64,000 bases of DNA. Origin: an uncultured Eubacteriales bacterium (GTDB lineage Bacteria; Acidobacteriota; Aminicenantia; Aminicenantales; UBA4085). The notes under the pieces were generated by a model that saw only the letters and a list, made by a program, of their open reading frames with translations, made no database searches and was not told where the DNA came from. Of the stretch, positions 34,494-46,003 are shown piece by piece; the stretch's first letter is position 1, and each line of letters opens with the position of its first letter. Position numbers and translations under genes: made by a program. The stretch covers positions 94,762-158,761 of the forward strand of contig CAZKXI010000005.1 of NCBI GenBank assembly GCA_964556755.1, given 5' to 3'.

Positions 34494-37229
34494 ATGAGAA
34501 GAGTCGTTTGCGCCGCCGCTTTGATCCTCGCGCTGGCCGGGGGCATCCCCGCCCTGGCCCAAGTTCGGGGCGACGTCACCGGGGCCGTCAAGAACGAAGC
34601 CGGCGCTCCGCTTTCGGGCGTCGAGGTCAAGATCAGCGGAGAGTTCCTGCCCGGCGGGCGGACGTTCACCACGACCGCCGACGGGGCCTTCCGCTTCCTC
34701 AGCCTGATCCCGGGCCGCTACGTCATCGAGGCCACGGCCCCCGGCATGATCTCGCTGCAGGACAAGTACGAGTTCACCGTGGCCCTGGGCAAGGCCGTCC
34801 AGGTGCCGATCGTCCTGGTGGCGGTCGGCAAGGAGACCCGCGAGATTACCGTCCGGGCCCCTTCCCCCGAGATCGACTTGAAGTCCACCCAGGTCGCCTC
34901 CAACTGGGAGAAGGAGACCGTGGAGAAGCTGCCCCTGGGCCGATCCTACTCCTCGCTCTTCCAGCTGGCCCCCGGTGTCGCCGACAACCGCGACTTCGCT
35001 CCCAACGCCGGCGGCAACAAGCAGGACAACGTCTTCCTGTTCGACGGCTCGAACATCACCAATCCGTTCTTCGGCACCCTGGGCGCCAACTTCTCCGAGA
35101 TGGACATCGCCGAGTTCAGCATCACCCGGGGAGCCATCAGCGCCGAGTTCGGCCGGGCCGCCGGCATGGTCACCAACGCCATCACCAAGTCCGGCACCAA
35201 CACGTTCAGCGGCTCGCTCCGCTTCGTGGCCGAGCCGGCCTCCTTCACCGCGCCCAGCAATGATCCGACCCTGGTCACCAAGTACAACCGCTATAACCCG
35301 GCCGTGTCGCTGAGCGGGCCGATCATCAAGGACAAGCTGTGGTTCTACGTCTCGGCCAACCTGCCGCGCTCGACCACGACGGGACGCATCAACAACCTGG
35401 GCCCTGTGCCCGACGCCCAGTCCGTCAACAACGAGCTGTTCTTCAAGCTCAGCGCCAACCCCCATCCCAACCACTTGATCGTCGCCAGCATCCGCAACGA
35501 CGACTATAAGGACGAGAACGCCGGCGTCGGCGTCAACGACCATCCCAACGTCTCGACCACGGGCGAGGGCCTCAACCGCATCCTCTTCCTGAGCTGGTCC
35601 TGGACGATCTCGCGCAACACCTTCTTCGAGGCCAAGTACGACCACGTCATCAACGACTACTCCAGCGTGCCGAACATTGACCTGGGCTACCAGCCGACGT
35701 TCGACCCGAACAACCTGGATAGGATGGGCTACTTCCAGACGGGCGGCTCCTACATCCTGGGCGGCGCCACCACGACCGGCCAGTACGTCGGAGCGGCCTC
35801 CGAGTACAATACCCAGAACTTCTTCCGCGACGAGCTGAAGCTGGTCCTGACCCAGTACGCCAGCTTCCTCGGCACCCAGCACATGTTCAAGGCCGGCTTC
35901 GGCTTCGATGACGGCGGCGAGTACCTCGAGCGCAAGGCTAATGGCTGGGGCTCGATCATCTACTACTCGGCCCTGTCCTCTTCCGTCGATCCGCTCAAGC
36001 GGCCGGGCTTCCGGGCCCGATACTACCCCGAGCAGGCGCCCCAGGATTCGCGGGGCCGGACCTATTCGATCTTCGCCCAGGACCAGATCAGCGTCGGCGA
36101 CCGGCTGACCTTCACCCTGGGCGTGTTGGCCAACCGCGACGAGTTCAGCGTCCAGACGGCCGGCGAGAAGCTGACCTTCCTGAAGCTCGATTTCGACAAG
36201 GAGATCCAGCCGCGCCTGGGGGTGGTCTTCATCCCCAGCCTCAAGCTGGGCGACAAGATCTACGCCAACTACGGCCGCTACAACAACATGGACAACCGCA
36301 GCCTGGCCCGGGCGGCGGCGCCGCTGCGGGTCTACCGGTCGGACGCCTTCTTCCTGACCGACGGGACGCTGCTGTCCGACACGCCGCAGGCCTCGGAGAC
36401 GGGCAAGGTCATCCTGCCGGACCTCGATCCGACCTCGACCGACGAGTTCGTCCTGGGCTACAGCCGGCCGCTGTTCAAGCACTGGACGATGGAAGTCTGG
36501 GGCCAGTACCGCAACGTGTCGCACGTCATCGAGGACTACCCGACCACCAATGTCCTGACCTCGCCCGGCAAGTATGTCTACGGCAACCTGGACGGGGACC
36601 TCTATGACGTCGACGGCAACGTCGTCTTCGAGGGCGTGGTGGCCAAGCGCCAGTACACCGCCCTCAGCTTCGAGCTGAAGAAGGAGTGGTCCGACCGCTG
36701 GTCCCTGACCGCGATGTACACCTGGAGCAAGCTCTACGGCAACTGGGATCTGGACTACTCGTCCGGCGTGTCGCTGTTCTACGCCTCATCCTACATCCAG
36801 GACGCGCCCGGGCTCTATATCCAGGATCCCAACCGGACCGGCTACATGTCCGGCGACCGGACCCACGTCTTCAAGATGTTCGGGACCTGGGAGTTTCTGC
36901 CCCGGCTGACCGCGGGCGCCTACCTGCGGCTCCAGAGCGGCCGGCCTTGGGAGGCCCGGGGTCGCGACTACTACGGCAACTACTACATGTATCTCGAGCC
37001 CGCGGGCGCCAACCGGCTGAAGACGTGGACCAACCTCGACTTCCAGCTGACCTACACCATCCCGCTGGGCGGCCGGTTCCAGGGCATCCTGGAGGCCCGG
37101 GTCATGAACGTCTTCGACACCCAGACGGTCATGTCCATCGACGTGCGGCAGGACCAGCCGACCTTCATGGACGCCACGTCCTACGCCGCGCCCCGCAAGT
37201 TCGCCCTGACCTTCTACGTGAACTTCTAA
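34494..37229 (+). CDS. TonB-dependent receptor-like outer-membrane protein with N-terminal carboxypeptidase-regulatory-like domain
   Basis: Signal peptide, CarbopepD_reg-like N-terminal domain (GVEVKISGEF...TTADGAFRF), plug/barrel-type Gly-Tyr-Asn-rich sequence, and a C-terminal aromatic residue (...FYVNF). Confidence 0.78.
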   Translation: MRRVVCAAALILALAGGIPALAQVRGDVTGAVKNEAGAPLSGVEVKISGEFLPGGRTFTTTADGAFRFLSLIPGRYVIEATAPGMISLQDKYEFTVALGKAVQVPIVLVAVGKETREITVRAPSPEIDLKSTQVASNWEKETVEKLPLGRSYSSLFQLAPGVADNRDFAPNAGGNKQDNVFLFDGSNITNPFFGTLGANFSEMDIAEFSITRGAISAEFGRAAGMVTNAITKSGTNTFSGSLRFVAEPASFTAPSNDPTLVTKYNRYNPAVSLSGPIIKDKLWFYVSANLPRSTTTGRINNLGPVPDAQSVNNELFFKLSANPHPNHLIVASIRNDDYKDENAGVGVNDHPNVSTTGEGLNRILFLSWSWTISRNTFFEAKYDHVINDYSSVPNIDLGYQPTFDPNNLDRMGYFQTGGSYILGGATTTGQYVGAASEYNTQNFFRDELKLVLTQYASFLGTQHMFKAGFGFDDGGEYLERKANGWGSIIYYSALSSSVDPLKRPGFRARYYPEQAPQDSRGRTYSIFAQDQISVGDRLTFTLGVLANRDEFSVQTAGEKLTFLKLDFDKEIQPRLGVVFIPSLKLGDKIYANYGRYNNMDNRSLARAAAPLRVYRSDAFFLTDGTLLSDTPQASETGKVILPDLDPTSTDEFVLGYSRPLFKHWTMEVWGQYRNVSHVIEDYPTTNVLTSPGKYVYGNLDGDLYDVDGNVVFEGVVAKRQYTALSFELKKEWSDRWSLTAMYTWSKLYGNWDLDYSSGVSLFYASSYIQDAPGLYIQDPNRTGYMSGDRTHVFKMFGTWEFLPRLTAGAYLRLQSGRPWEARGRDYYGNYYMYLEPAGANRLKTWTNLDFQLTYTIPLGGRFQGILEARVMNVFDTQTVMSIDVRQDQPTFMDATSYAAPRKFALTFYVNF

Positions 37230-37251
37230 GCGGGAGTTCGTTCGTCTATCC

Positions 37252-37295
37252 GGGGCGGGCGGGCCCCTCTTGAGGGGGGCTGCCCGCCCCTTTTT
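37252..37295. terminator. Rho-independent terminator between convergent genes (GC-rich hairpin + T5)
   Basis: GGGGCGGGCGGGCCCCTC-TTGA-GGGGGGCTGCCCGCCCC followed by TTTTT. Confidence 0.6.
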
Positions 37296-37431
37296 CGTTT
37301 CTGCGGCGATATCCGGGACGGACGGCTCGGGGGATGCTCTCGGGGCGAGGGCCCAGGGCCCGCGTTCAGTCCGTGGCAGCTGATTCCCAGGCTCGTCTAT
37401 CGGCGGGCTCGAGTCGCTCCCCCGGGGCCGG

Positions 37432-39468
37432 TCACTTCAGCCAGGCGGCCAGCCAGTCCAGCTTGGTCTTCCACCACAGCTCGGCGTTCTGGGGCTTGCT
37501 GACGAAGTGGTCCTCGTCGGGGAAATAGAGCAGCTTGGACGGCACCTTCATCCGCTGCAGGGAGGAGAAGAGCTGCAAGCCCTGCTCCAAGGGCACTCTC
37601 AGGTCGTTCTGGCTGTGGATGACCAGGGTCGGGGTCCGGAAATTCTTGATGTAGTAGCTGGGCGACCACTTGGTGTACTGCTCGGGGTTGGTCCAGGGCG
37701 TGCCCTGCTGCTCCCACTCCGGGAACCACAGCTCCTCGGTCGATCCCCACATCGAGCGCAGGTCGAAGACGCCGTCGTGCGAGATGAGGCCCTTGAAGGC
37801 GTCGGTCTGGCCCAGGATCCAGTTGATGAGGTAGCCGCCGTAGGAGGCCCCGGCGGCGCCGGCCACGGTCTTGGAGATGAAGGGATAGGTCGCCCGCAGG
37901 TAGGCCAGGCCCTTCATGATGTCCTGGTAGGGCTTGCCGCCCCAGTCGCCGACGATGGCGTCGGAGAAAGCCTGGCCGTAGCCGGCCGAGGCATGGAAGT
38001 TGATCTCGGCCACGACCCAGCCGCGGGCCGCGTACATCTGGGTGTTCCAGCGGTAGTGGAACTCGTCCTTCCAGGGGCCGTGCGGGCCGCCGTGGATGAG
38101 CATGACCAGGGGGTAGACCTTCTTGGCGTCGAAGGCCGGCGGCTTGAGCAGCCAGCCATGGACCTTGTCCTTGCCGGCGCCCTCGAACCAGAACTCCTCG
38201 GCCGGATTCATCTCCAGCCCGGCCAGAAGCTCCTTGTTGGTCTCGGTGATCCGGCGCCAGGCGGCCGCGGCCGCGTCGAAGGCCCAGACGTCCGCCGGCC
38301 GGTCCATGGCCTGCTCGAGCATGACGAAGGTCTTGCCGTCGGGCAGGAGGCTGAGGGCCGAGAACGTCCGGCCGCCCATGATCCGCTCGACCTTGCCCCC
38401 GGGAATGGCGACCTTGTAGAGGGCGTTGCGGCCCTTCTCGTCGGCGGTGAAGTAGACGGCCGTGGAGTCGGAGGACCAGACCGTCTCGTCCACCGACACG
38501 TCCACGGCCTTGGTCAGGTTGACGGCGGTCTTGGCCGACCGGTCGTAGAGCACGAGGTCCAGCTTGTCGGACTCGTAGCCCGGGCGGGCCATGGCCTTGT
38601 AGGCCAGGTACTTGCCGTCGGGGGAGTAGCTGGGCTGGTTGTCGTTGGCCTTGTTCGCGGTGATGGCGACGGCCGGGCCGCCCGAGGCGGGAGCGACAAA
38701 GACGTCGTTGTTGGTCCCGATGCCCATCTTGAGCTCGGGATCGACGTTGCGGACGAAGGCGACTTCCTTGCCGTCGGGCGAGAGGGCGTAGTCGAGGTGG
38801 CCGCCCAGATCGAGCGGGGGGGCGTCGTAGTCGCCGGTCGTGACGTCCACGGCCTGGCCGCCCGTGGCGGGGGCCACGAAGACGTGGCTGCGGGTGCCGT
38901 CGCTCCAGGCGTTCCAATAGCGGTGGAAGAGGGTCTCGTAGATGCGGCCCTTGACCTTGCTCTTCTCCGCCGCTTCCATCATCTTCTTGTTGGACTCGTC
39001 GTCGGCCGCCCCGGGAAAGACCGAGGAGGCGAAGGCGATGCTTTGGCCGTCGGCGGACCAGACGACGCCGGTGGCGCCGCCCGAGAGGCTGGTGGCCTGC
39101 CAGGGCTCGCCGCCGTCCAGGCTGATCATCCAAACCTGGGGCGAGCCGGCGCGGGTGGAGATGAAGGCCAGCTTCCGGCCGTCGGGAGACCAGCGGGGCG
39201 TGTTGTCCCCGCCGGGAGCCGTGGTCAGGCGTCTCGGCTCGCCGCCGGTCGCGGGGACCAGCCAGATGTCGCTGTTGCTGCGGTTGGCCTCCTTGTCCAT
39301 GACCGTGACGACGTAGGCGATCCACTTGCCGTCGGGTGACGGCTGGGGATCGGTCACCCGCTGGATCCTGATGAAGTCGTCGAAGGTCAGGGGCTTACCG
39401 GCCTGGGCCAGGGCCAAGGACGCGGCCAGCGCCAAGCCTAGGATAACGAGTGGGATGCGCTTTCTCAT
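37432..39468 (-). CDS. S9 family serine peptidase (prolyl oligopeptidase/acylaminoacyl-peptidase-like) with N-terminal beta-propeller
   Basis: Signal peptide, a TolB/WD40-like propeller, and a C-terminal alpha/beta hydrolase with GxSxGG (GASYGGY) and catalytic Asp/His. Confidence 0.85.
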   Translation of the reverse strand: MRKRIPLVILGLALAASLALAQAGKPLTFDDFIRIQRVTDPQPSPDGKWIAYVVTVMDKEANRSNSDIWLVPATGGEPRRLTTAPGGDNTPRWSPDGRKLAFISTRAGSPQVWMISLDGGEPWQATSLSGGATGVVWSADGQSIAFASSVFPGAADDESNKKMMEAAEKSKVKGRIYETLFHRYWNAWSDGTRSHVFVAPATGGQAVDVTTGDYDAPPLDLGGHLDYALSPDGKEVAFVRNVDPELKMGIGTNNDVFVAPASGGPAVAITANKANDNQPSYSPDGKYLAYKAMARPGYESDKLDLVLYDRSAKTAVNLTKAVDVSVDETVWSSDSTAVYFTADEKGRNALYKVAIPGGKVERIMGGRTFSALSLLPDGKTFVMLEQAMDRPADVWAFDAAAAAWRRITETNKELLAGLEMNPAEEFWFEGAGKDKVHGWLLKPPAFDAKKVYPLVMLIHGGPHGPWKDEFHYRWNTQMYAARGWVVAEINFHASAGYGQAFSDAIVGDWGGKPYQDIMKGLAYLRATYPFISKTVAGAAGASYGGYLINWILGQTDAFKGLISHDGVFDLRSMWGSTEELWFPEWEQQGTPWTNPEQYTKWSPSYYIKNFRTPTLVIHSQNDLRVPLEQGLQLFSSLQRMKVPSKLLYFPDEDHFVSKPQNAELWWKTKLDWLAAWLK

Positions 39469-39658
39469 GGGGCTCCTCCGTGATGGGGCTGTCAGAGGCC
39501 CGATTATAGTCCAGACGGAAATAGGGGTACAGTATACGTAATTCCCGATTTCCTCTTCTGTGCCTTCGCGGCTCTTGACACGTCACGGCCCTAATTTTCT
39601 GTAGGGATTGGAAGCGTAAACAAAAAGTTCGGGAATTATGTATGGTGTCCCCCAATTA

Positions 39659-39688
39659 TTGAACTCTGGGGGCGGAAAATCGTAGATT
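39659..39688 (+). promoter_or_regulatory. Sigma-70-like promoter TTGAAC-18-TAGATT in an AT-rich divergent intergenic region
   Basis: The 246-bp region is ~45% GC. The hexamers lie 27 nt upstream of the ABC ATPase GTG, with a GAGGA RBS. Confidence 0.4.
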
Positions 39689-39714
39689 AGGGTGAACATC
39701 GAGGACTTACGCGC

Positions 39715-40644
39715 GTGACAGAGCCGACCGAGACCAACATCGAGCTCAAGGGGCTTCGCTTCCGCTACGGGGCGGTCCAGGCCCTGGACGGGGTCGATCT
39801 GACCATCGGCGGCGGCGCCTGCGGCCTGCTGGGCCCCAACGGCGCCGGCAAGAGCACCCTCCTGCGCATCCTCCTGGGCTTCCTCGTCCCCGACGCGGGC
39901 GAGGGCCGCGTCCTCGGCCGCGACATCCGCCGCGACCCCTTCGCCATCCGCCGCCTGGTCGGGTACATGCCGGAGGACGACTGCTTCCTGCCCGGCCTGG
40001 ACGCCGTCTCCTTCACAGCCTACTTTGGCGAGCTGTCGGGCATGCCCCGCCGCGAGGCGATGAAGCGGGCCCATGACGTCCTCTTCTACGTCGGCTTGGG
40101 CGAGGCTCGCTACCGCCAGCTGGAGACCTACTCGGCCGGGATGCGCCAGCGGATCAAGCTGGCCCAGGCCCTGGTCCACGACCCTCAGCTCCTCTTCCTG
40201 GACGAGCCGACCGCCAACCTCGATCCCCGCGGCCGGGCCGAGGTCCTGGACTTGATCAAGGAGATATCCTCCCGCAAGGATATCAACGTCCTGATCTCCT
40301 CGCATGTCCTCTCCGACATCGAGGCGACCTGCACCGACGTCGTCATCCTCAACAAGGGCCGGGTGGCCGCCCAGGGAAAGCTGGAGGCGCTCAAGCAGGT
40401 CGACTTCAGCCTCTTCGAGCTGAAGGTCAAAGGCGAGGCCGATCCCTTCCTGGCCGCCTTGCGCCGGGTCCGCTGCCGGATCGAGGAGACCGAGGACGGG
40501 CTATACAAGCTCTACGTGCCGCCCGAGGTGGGCCGGGGCGGAGTCTTCCGGGCGGCCGCGGCCTCCGGGGTTCAGATCCGCCACTTCGTCCAGAGCCAGA
40601 CCTCCCTGGAGGACCTCTTCGCCCGCACGGTGGGGGTGGACTGA
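39715..40644 (+). CDS. ABC transporter ATP-binding protein (ABC-2 type) with C-terminal accessory domain
   Basis: Walker A (GPNGAGKST), signature (YSAGMRQR) and Walker B (LLFLDEP) motifs. Confidence 0.85.
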   Translation: MTEPTETNIELKGLRFRYGAVQALDGVDLTIGGGACGLLGPNGAGKSTLLRILLGFLVPDAGEGRVLGRDIRRDPFAIRRLVGYMPEDDCFLPGLDAVSFTAYFGELSGMPRREAMKRAHDVLFYVGLGEARYRQLETYSAGMRQRIKLAQALVHDPQLLFLDEPTANLDPRGRAEVLDLIKEISSRKDINVLISSHVLSDIEATCTDVVILNKGRVAAQGKLEALKQVDFSLFELKVKGEADPFLAALRRVRCRIEETEDGLYKLYVPPEVGRGGVFRAAAASGVQIRHFVQSQTSLEDLFARTVGVD

Positions 40645-41509
40645 TGCCGATCGCCGAGCAGGGCTATCTCCACTGGCAAGGGCGTCCGGCCGCGACCCAG
40701 AAGCCCTGGCGGGCCATCAGCCGCCTCGGCATCCGCCTGGCTTTCCGCCGCAAGTTCTTCAAGCTGACGCTGGGCCTGGCCCTGCTCCCGGCCCTGGTCT
40801 TCTCCGTCGGCATCTACCTGGCGGAGACGATCGAGAACTTCCAGATCTCCATGGGCGGCCGCCGGCAGATTCTGAGCGTCGATCCGAAGTTCTTCCAGAC
40901 CTACTTCACCTCGGACTTCCTCTACTTCATGATCATGATGATGATGATCCTGGCCGGCTCGGGCCTCATCGCCGACGATCTCAAGTCGGGCAGCCTGCAG
41001 CTCTACTTCGCCCGGCCGCTGCGCAAGCGCGATTACCTGCTCGGCAAGCTGGGCGTGACGGGCTTCTTCGCCCTCCTGGTGACGCTCGTGCCCGGGATCG
41101 TCTTCATCCTCCTCAAGGCCATCTTCGCCGGCGGCTTGCAGCTACTGGCAGCCCATCCCTGGCTGCCCCTGTCCGTCATCCTCTACTCGCTCTTCCTGGC
41201 CGTCCTCTTCTCCCTGGCCACTCTCTTCTTCTCGGCCCTCAGCAAGAACCGCCGCTTCGCCGGCATCATGCTGTTTCTGGTCTACTTCGGCTCCCAGGTG
41301 GCCTACGCCGTCTTCGACGAGATCTTCCGCGTCCCGGAGCTCGGCTGGCTCTCCATCCAGGTCAATCTCCAGCAGGTCGGGGCGGCCCTCTTCGGCGGGA
41401 GCCCGCCGGTGAACGCCCCCTGGCCCGTCTCCGCCCTCATCCTGGCCGGGCTGGCCGGAGTGGCGATCTTCTTCCTCTTCAAGCGCATCCGCAGCGTCGA
41501 GGTGATCCG

Positions 41510-41513
<4 letters not shown>
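40644..41513 (+). CDS. ABC-2 family transporter permease
   Basis: Six predicted TM helices, downstream of the ATPase. Confidence 0.7.
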
Positions 41514-42429
<916 letters not shown>

Positions 42430-42433
<4 letters not shown>

Positions 42434-43224
42434 GCTCTTGGAGCGCGTTCCGCACCGTCTTCGGCTTCTTCTGGTTCGCCGTCCGCCGCTCCCGCCGGAC
42501 CCGGCTGATGGCCCTGGCCGGGATCCTCCCGGTCCTGGCCGCCCTGGCCATCCAGGCCGAGCGCTGGTTCCGGGGCTCGGGCGGGCCGAGCGGGCTGGCC
42601 CTCTTCTCCAACATGATCCTGGCTTTCTACCTCCAATTCCTGGTCATCATCCTGGCGGTCTTCTACGGCACCTCGGTCCTGTCCGAGGAGGTCGAGGGCA
42701 AGACCCTGGCTTACCTGACCACCCGGCCGGTGCCCAAGGCGGCCATCATCCTGGGCAAGTATGCCGCCTATGCGAGCTGGACCGGCATCCTGATCGCCGC
42801 CGGCGCGCTTCTCTCCTTCCTCGTCCTCAATGCCGACAGCCTGGCCGATCCGATGGCTTGGGCCCTGCTGGCCCGGACGGCGGCCGTCCTCGTCCTCGGC
42901 CTGTGGGCTTACTTGGCCCTCTTCACCTTGGCCGGGGCGGCCCTGAAGAAATCCATGCTCGTCGGGCTTGTCTTCGGCTTCGGCTGGGAGACGATCGTCC
43001 AGTACCTGCCGGGCTCGACCCAGAAGCTCACGGTCGTGCACTACCTCAAGTCCATCCTCCGCCCCGACACCCCCAGCCCGCAGGGCTTCAAGTCGTTCCT
43101 CTTCGTCCGGCTCGAGCCCAGCCCGCCCCTCCTGTCGATCCTCATCCTCCTCCTGATCACGGCCGCGGCCCTGGCCTTGGCCGTCCGCGTCTTCCGCCGC
43201 CGCGAGTACCAGTCCGAGGACTGA
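42430..43224 (+). CDS. ABC-2 family transporter permease
   Basis: ATG at 42430 overlaps the ATPase stop. Multi-TM hydrophobic profile. Confidence 0.7.
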
Positions 43225-43301
43225 TTCCCGCCTTGACACTCCGAAGCCGGGAAGGCTACCATCCCGGCCGAGTCCACGAGCTCTTTCGAAGGGAGATCGC
43301 C

Positions 43302-44108
43302 ATGAATCTCGGCCGCAAGCTTCTGGTCGTCGCCTGTCTCCCGCTTTTGGCCGCTCCGGCTCCGGCCGCGTCCGGGGGCCAGTACACCAGCTCGCACGGC
43401 TATAGCTTCAATAATCCCGTCTCGGCCTTCTGCAACGACCTGACTTGGAACGCCATGAACGCGCGATTGGCCTATAAGGCCATGCTCAAGCGGAAGGGCT
43501 ACTCCGATTCCCAGATCGAGGCCATGTCGACGAAGCGGATGGTCGAGATTCTGGGCGCCGAGACCGAATCCGGCCCCGTCCCGTCGCCGGCCGTCGCGGC
43601 GGCCAGCCGATTCAAGCCGTCCGGGACGAGGCTGTATCTGCCGGACCTGGCTCGAAGCCTGGCCTCCGACGCCGAAGGCCGCCGGGCCCTGCTTCAGGTC
43701 TTCGAAGCCGGTCTGAAAGCCTACGAGGAGGGCGCGGCGGAAGCGGGCTTCGTCAATGACCTGGCCGGGGCCATGGCCTACTTCATCGGGGTCTCTTATT
43801 ATCTCATCCGGGGCGAAGAGCCGGACGAGAAGGGCTTGGACGAAGTCGGCCTGGCCCTGCGCCGGTCCATGGACACGCCGCGGGTGAAAGCCATCTCCGA
43901 CTCCGAGAAGCAGAGGTTCTACGAGCTGATGATAGGCTTGGGAACGTACTTGGCGGCCGTCTACGGCCAAGCGGCGCGGGACGGGGACGAGAAGGCGGCG
44001 GAGGCGGTCCGCAAGGCCGCGGGGGAGAGCTTGAAGGGATTCCTCGGTCTCGAGCCGGCTTCGATCCGGATCACCCGCGCCGGCCTGGAGATAGCCGGCG
44101 CTCGCTGA
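43302..44108 (+). CDS. Secreted hypothetical protein
   Basis: Signal peptide (MNLGRKLLVVACLPLLAAPAPAAS), 268 aa. Possible TTGACA-18-TACCAT promoter at 43233-43262. Confidence 0.55.
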   Translation: MNLGRKLLVVACLPLLAAPAPAASGGQYTSSHGYSFNNPVSAFCNDLTWNAMNARLAYKAMLKRKGYSDSQIEAMSTKRMVEILGAETESGPVPSPAVAAASRFKPSGTRLYLPDLARSLASDAEGRRALLQVFEAGLKAYEEGAAEAGFVNDLAGAMAYFIGVSYYLIRGEEPDEKGLDEVGLALRRSMDTPRVKAISDSEKQRFYELMIGLGTYLAAVYGQAARDGDEKAAEAVRKAAGESLKGFLGLEPASIRITRAGLEIAGAR

Positions 44109-44155
44109 CGGCCGGGCTCATCACGCCGCTAAGCGGGATGAGTAGGGGAAAAAAG

Positions 44156-44464
44156 GTTCTTCTCCCATCTGCGGGAGAGAAGACGGTTCGATGTGTCGGC
44201 CAACGGCGAAATCGCGAGGGCGCAGCCTTATTCCACAGATCTCTGAGGGCACCCAGCGGGCGCCGAGGGATGTTTGAGCACGCATTAGTCCCACGGTATC
44301 GCGATGGAGTGGGGGGTCTCGAAGGACCTGATCATCAGGCATGCGGAGTTCCGTCCTCGTGGTGACACGCGAAGTGCTGTCACCGCGAGGATGGAAAAGG
44401 GCGAGTTGCGCCCGAAGCCGCCGGGACGATGCATCGAACCGTCTCCCGCGAATGGGAGAAGAAC
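44156..44464. mobile_element. MITE-like repeat copy F (~309 bp) with near-perfect 33-bp TIRs
   Basis: Left GTTCTTCTCCCATCTGCGGGAGAGAAGACGGTTCGATG; right CATCGAACCGTCTCCCGCGAATGGGAGAAGAAC. The interior shares ~150 bp with copy B (GGGCGCCGAGGGATGTTTGAGCACGC...GATGGAGTGGG...GCGGAGTTCCG...AAGCCGCCGGGACGAT). Confidence 0.75.
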
Positions 44465-44520
44465 CCAAAAAAAAGCCCCGCCCCGGATCCGGGCGGCCGG
44501 ACGCGGGACGGGGCGGAGAG
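44465..44520 (-). terminator. Rho-independent terminator for the lipoprotein gene (GC stem + U8 on minus strand)
   Basis: Minus-strand CCGCCCCG...CGGGGCGG stem followed by TTTTTTTT, abutting the MITE. Confidence 0.55.
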
Positions 44521-44540
44521 TCGGAGCCGGTCGCGCCGGG

Positions 44541-45722
44541 CTACTGCTTGATCTCTTCGGTAGCCGGAGCGGGGGTCTCCGTCGTCGGCGTCTCGTCGAT
44601 CTTCAGCTCGCCGCCGATCTTGTCCTTGACCTCGGACTCGACGATCTTGCTCAGCTTGACCAAGAGCTCCTCGGGCAGAAGGGCCTTGATGGTGACGTTG
44701 TCGGCCCCGGAGCTGATCTCGATCTTGCCCAGCAGCTCGCCGATCTCGGGCTTCTCGCCGGCGGCCAGGGCGCCCATGGACTTGAAGCCGGTCAGCATGT
44801 CGGCCAGCTCCTTGTTCTTGCCGGCGTCGGCCGTGACCGCCTTGAAGGCCAGGTCCAGCGTCTTGTTGGCATAGTCCATGTGCATGACCATGGCCTTCAG
44901 CGAGGACAGCGAGCTCAGCATGGGCGTCGACTCGACCATCTTCTTGACGTCTTCGGGCTTGAAGGGGATAACGCCCCAGATCATAGCCGTCTTCTTGGCC
45001 GTCTTCAGCAGGGCGGCCAGCTCGGGGTTGTCCTTGGCGCTGCCGGCCTTCTTCTTGACCACGTCGCAGACGGCCTTGACGTCGTCGACCGGACCGATGG
45101 CGATGTTGGAGGCGTCCAGGAAGGCGCCCATCATCGGTTTCTCGGGGGTCTCGGGGACGGACAGCTCCACTTGAGGCTCCGCCTCGGGGGCGACGTCGGT
45201 CCCTTCCACGGGGGGGGTCTGCTCGGCGGGCTTGTCCTCGCCGACCGCGGGCTCCTCGGGCTTGACTTCCTCGGCCTTCTCGATGATCTCGATGGTCGCG
45301 ATACCCTCGTACTCGCCCTCGATGAACTTGGCCTGGTTCTCCTTCATCTTGGCCAGGAGAGCCGCCTTGTCATACTTGAGGTTGATGATGCCGAAGCCGG
45401 AGGGGGAGCTTCCTTCGCCGCCCGTCAGCTTGCCGGTCATTCCCAGGGCCAGGTAGGAGATGTCCTTGCGGGGATCGAGGCCCGTCTTGGTGATGAACTC
45501 CTGCAGGCCTTCCGCGTTCTTGGGCTCGGCCAGGGCCTTGGCCACGAACTCGATGGCCATGGCCTTGTTGACGTCGATGAAGACCACGCCCGCGACGTCC
45601 TTGGGCATCAGATTCAGGATGTCCTGCACCTTGGCGGCGCCGGGTCCGCCGCCTTTCTGGCAGGCGCCCAAGCTCAGCAATCCCAAGGCCAGGACAAGCG
45701 TCCAAACAGCGGCTTTTTTCAT
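44541..45722 (-). CDS. Hypothetical lipoprotein, Glu/Lys-rich
   Basis: Lipobox LSLGAC after the signal peptide (MKKAAVWTLVLALGLLSLGAC), 393 aa. Confidence 0.6.
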   Translation of the reverse strand: MKKAAVWTLVLALGLLSLGACQKGGGPGAAKVQDILNLMPKDVAGVVFIDVNKAMAIEFVAKALAEPKNAEGLQEFITKTGLDPRKDISYLALGMTGKLTGGEGSSPSGFGIINLKYDKAALLAKMKENQAKFIEGEYEGIATIEIIEKAEEVKPEEPAVGEDKPAEQTPPVEGTDVAPEAEPQVELSVPETPEKPMMGAFLDASNIAIGPVDDVKAVCDVVKKKAGSAKDNPELAALLKTAKKTAMIWGVIPFKPEDVKKMVESTPMLSSLSSLKAMVMHMDYANKTLDLAFKAVTADAGKNKELADMLTGFKSMGALAAGEKPEIGELLGKIEISSGADNVTIKALLPEELLVKLSKIVESEVKDKIGGELKIDETPTTETPAPATEEIKQ

Positions 45723-46003
45723 GATGAATCCTCCTCTCCCTATCATACGAAATCAACCCTCTCGGGGTTCTCCCCGGAGCATAGCACAGGGCCGCCGGGG
45801 GATACAATGGCGGCGCATGCGGCCCCGGGTCCCAGCCATGGCCGCGCGAAGGCCATTTCCCTCATCCGTGGGATGGGGCCGAGGGAGCCCATCCGCGGAG
45901 AATGGCACGGGGAAGGAGAGATGGCCTTCGGGGCGGGATTGGTATATATAACCTCCGCGCCTCCGGACAGGGCTCGGCTTTGTCGGGAGGCCGGGAGGAT
46001 TCC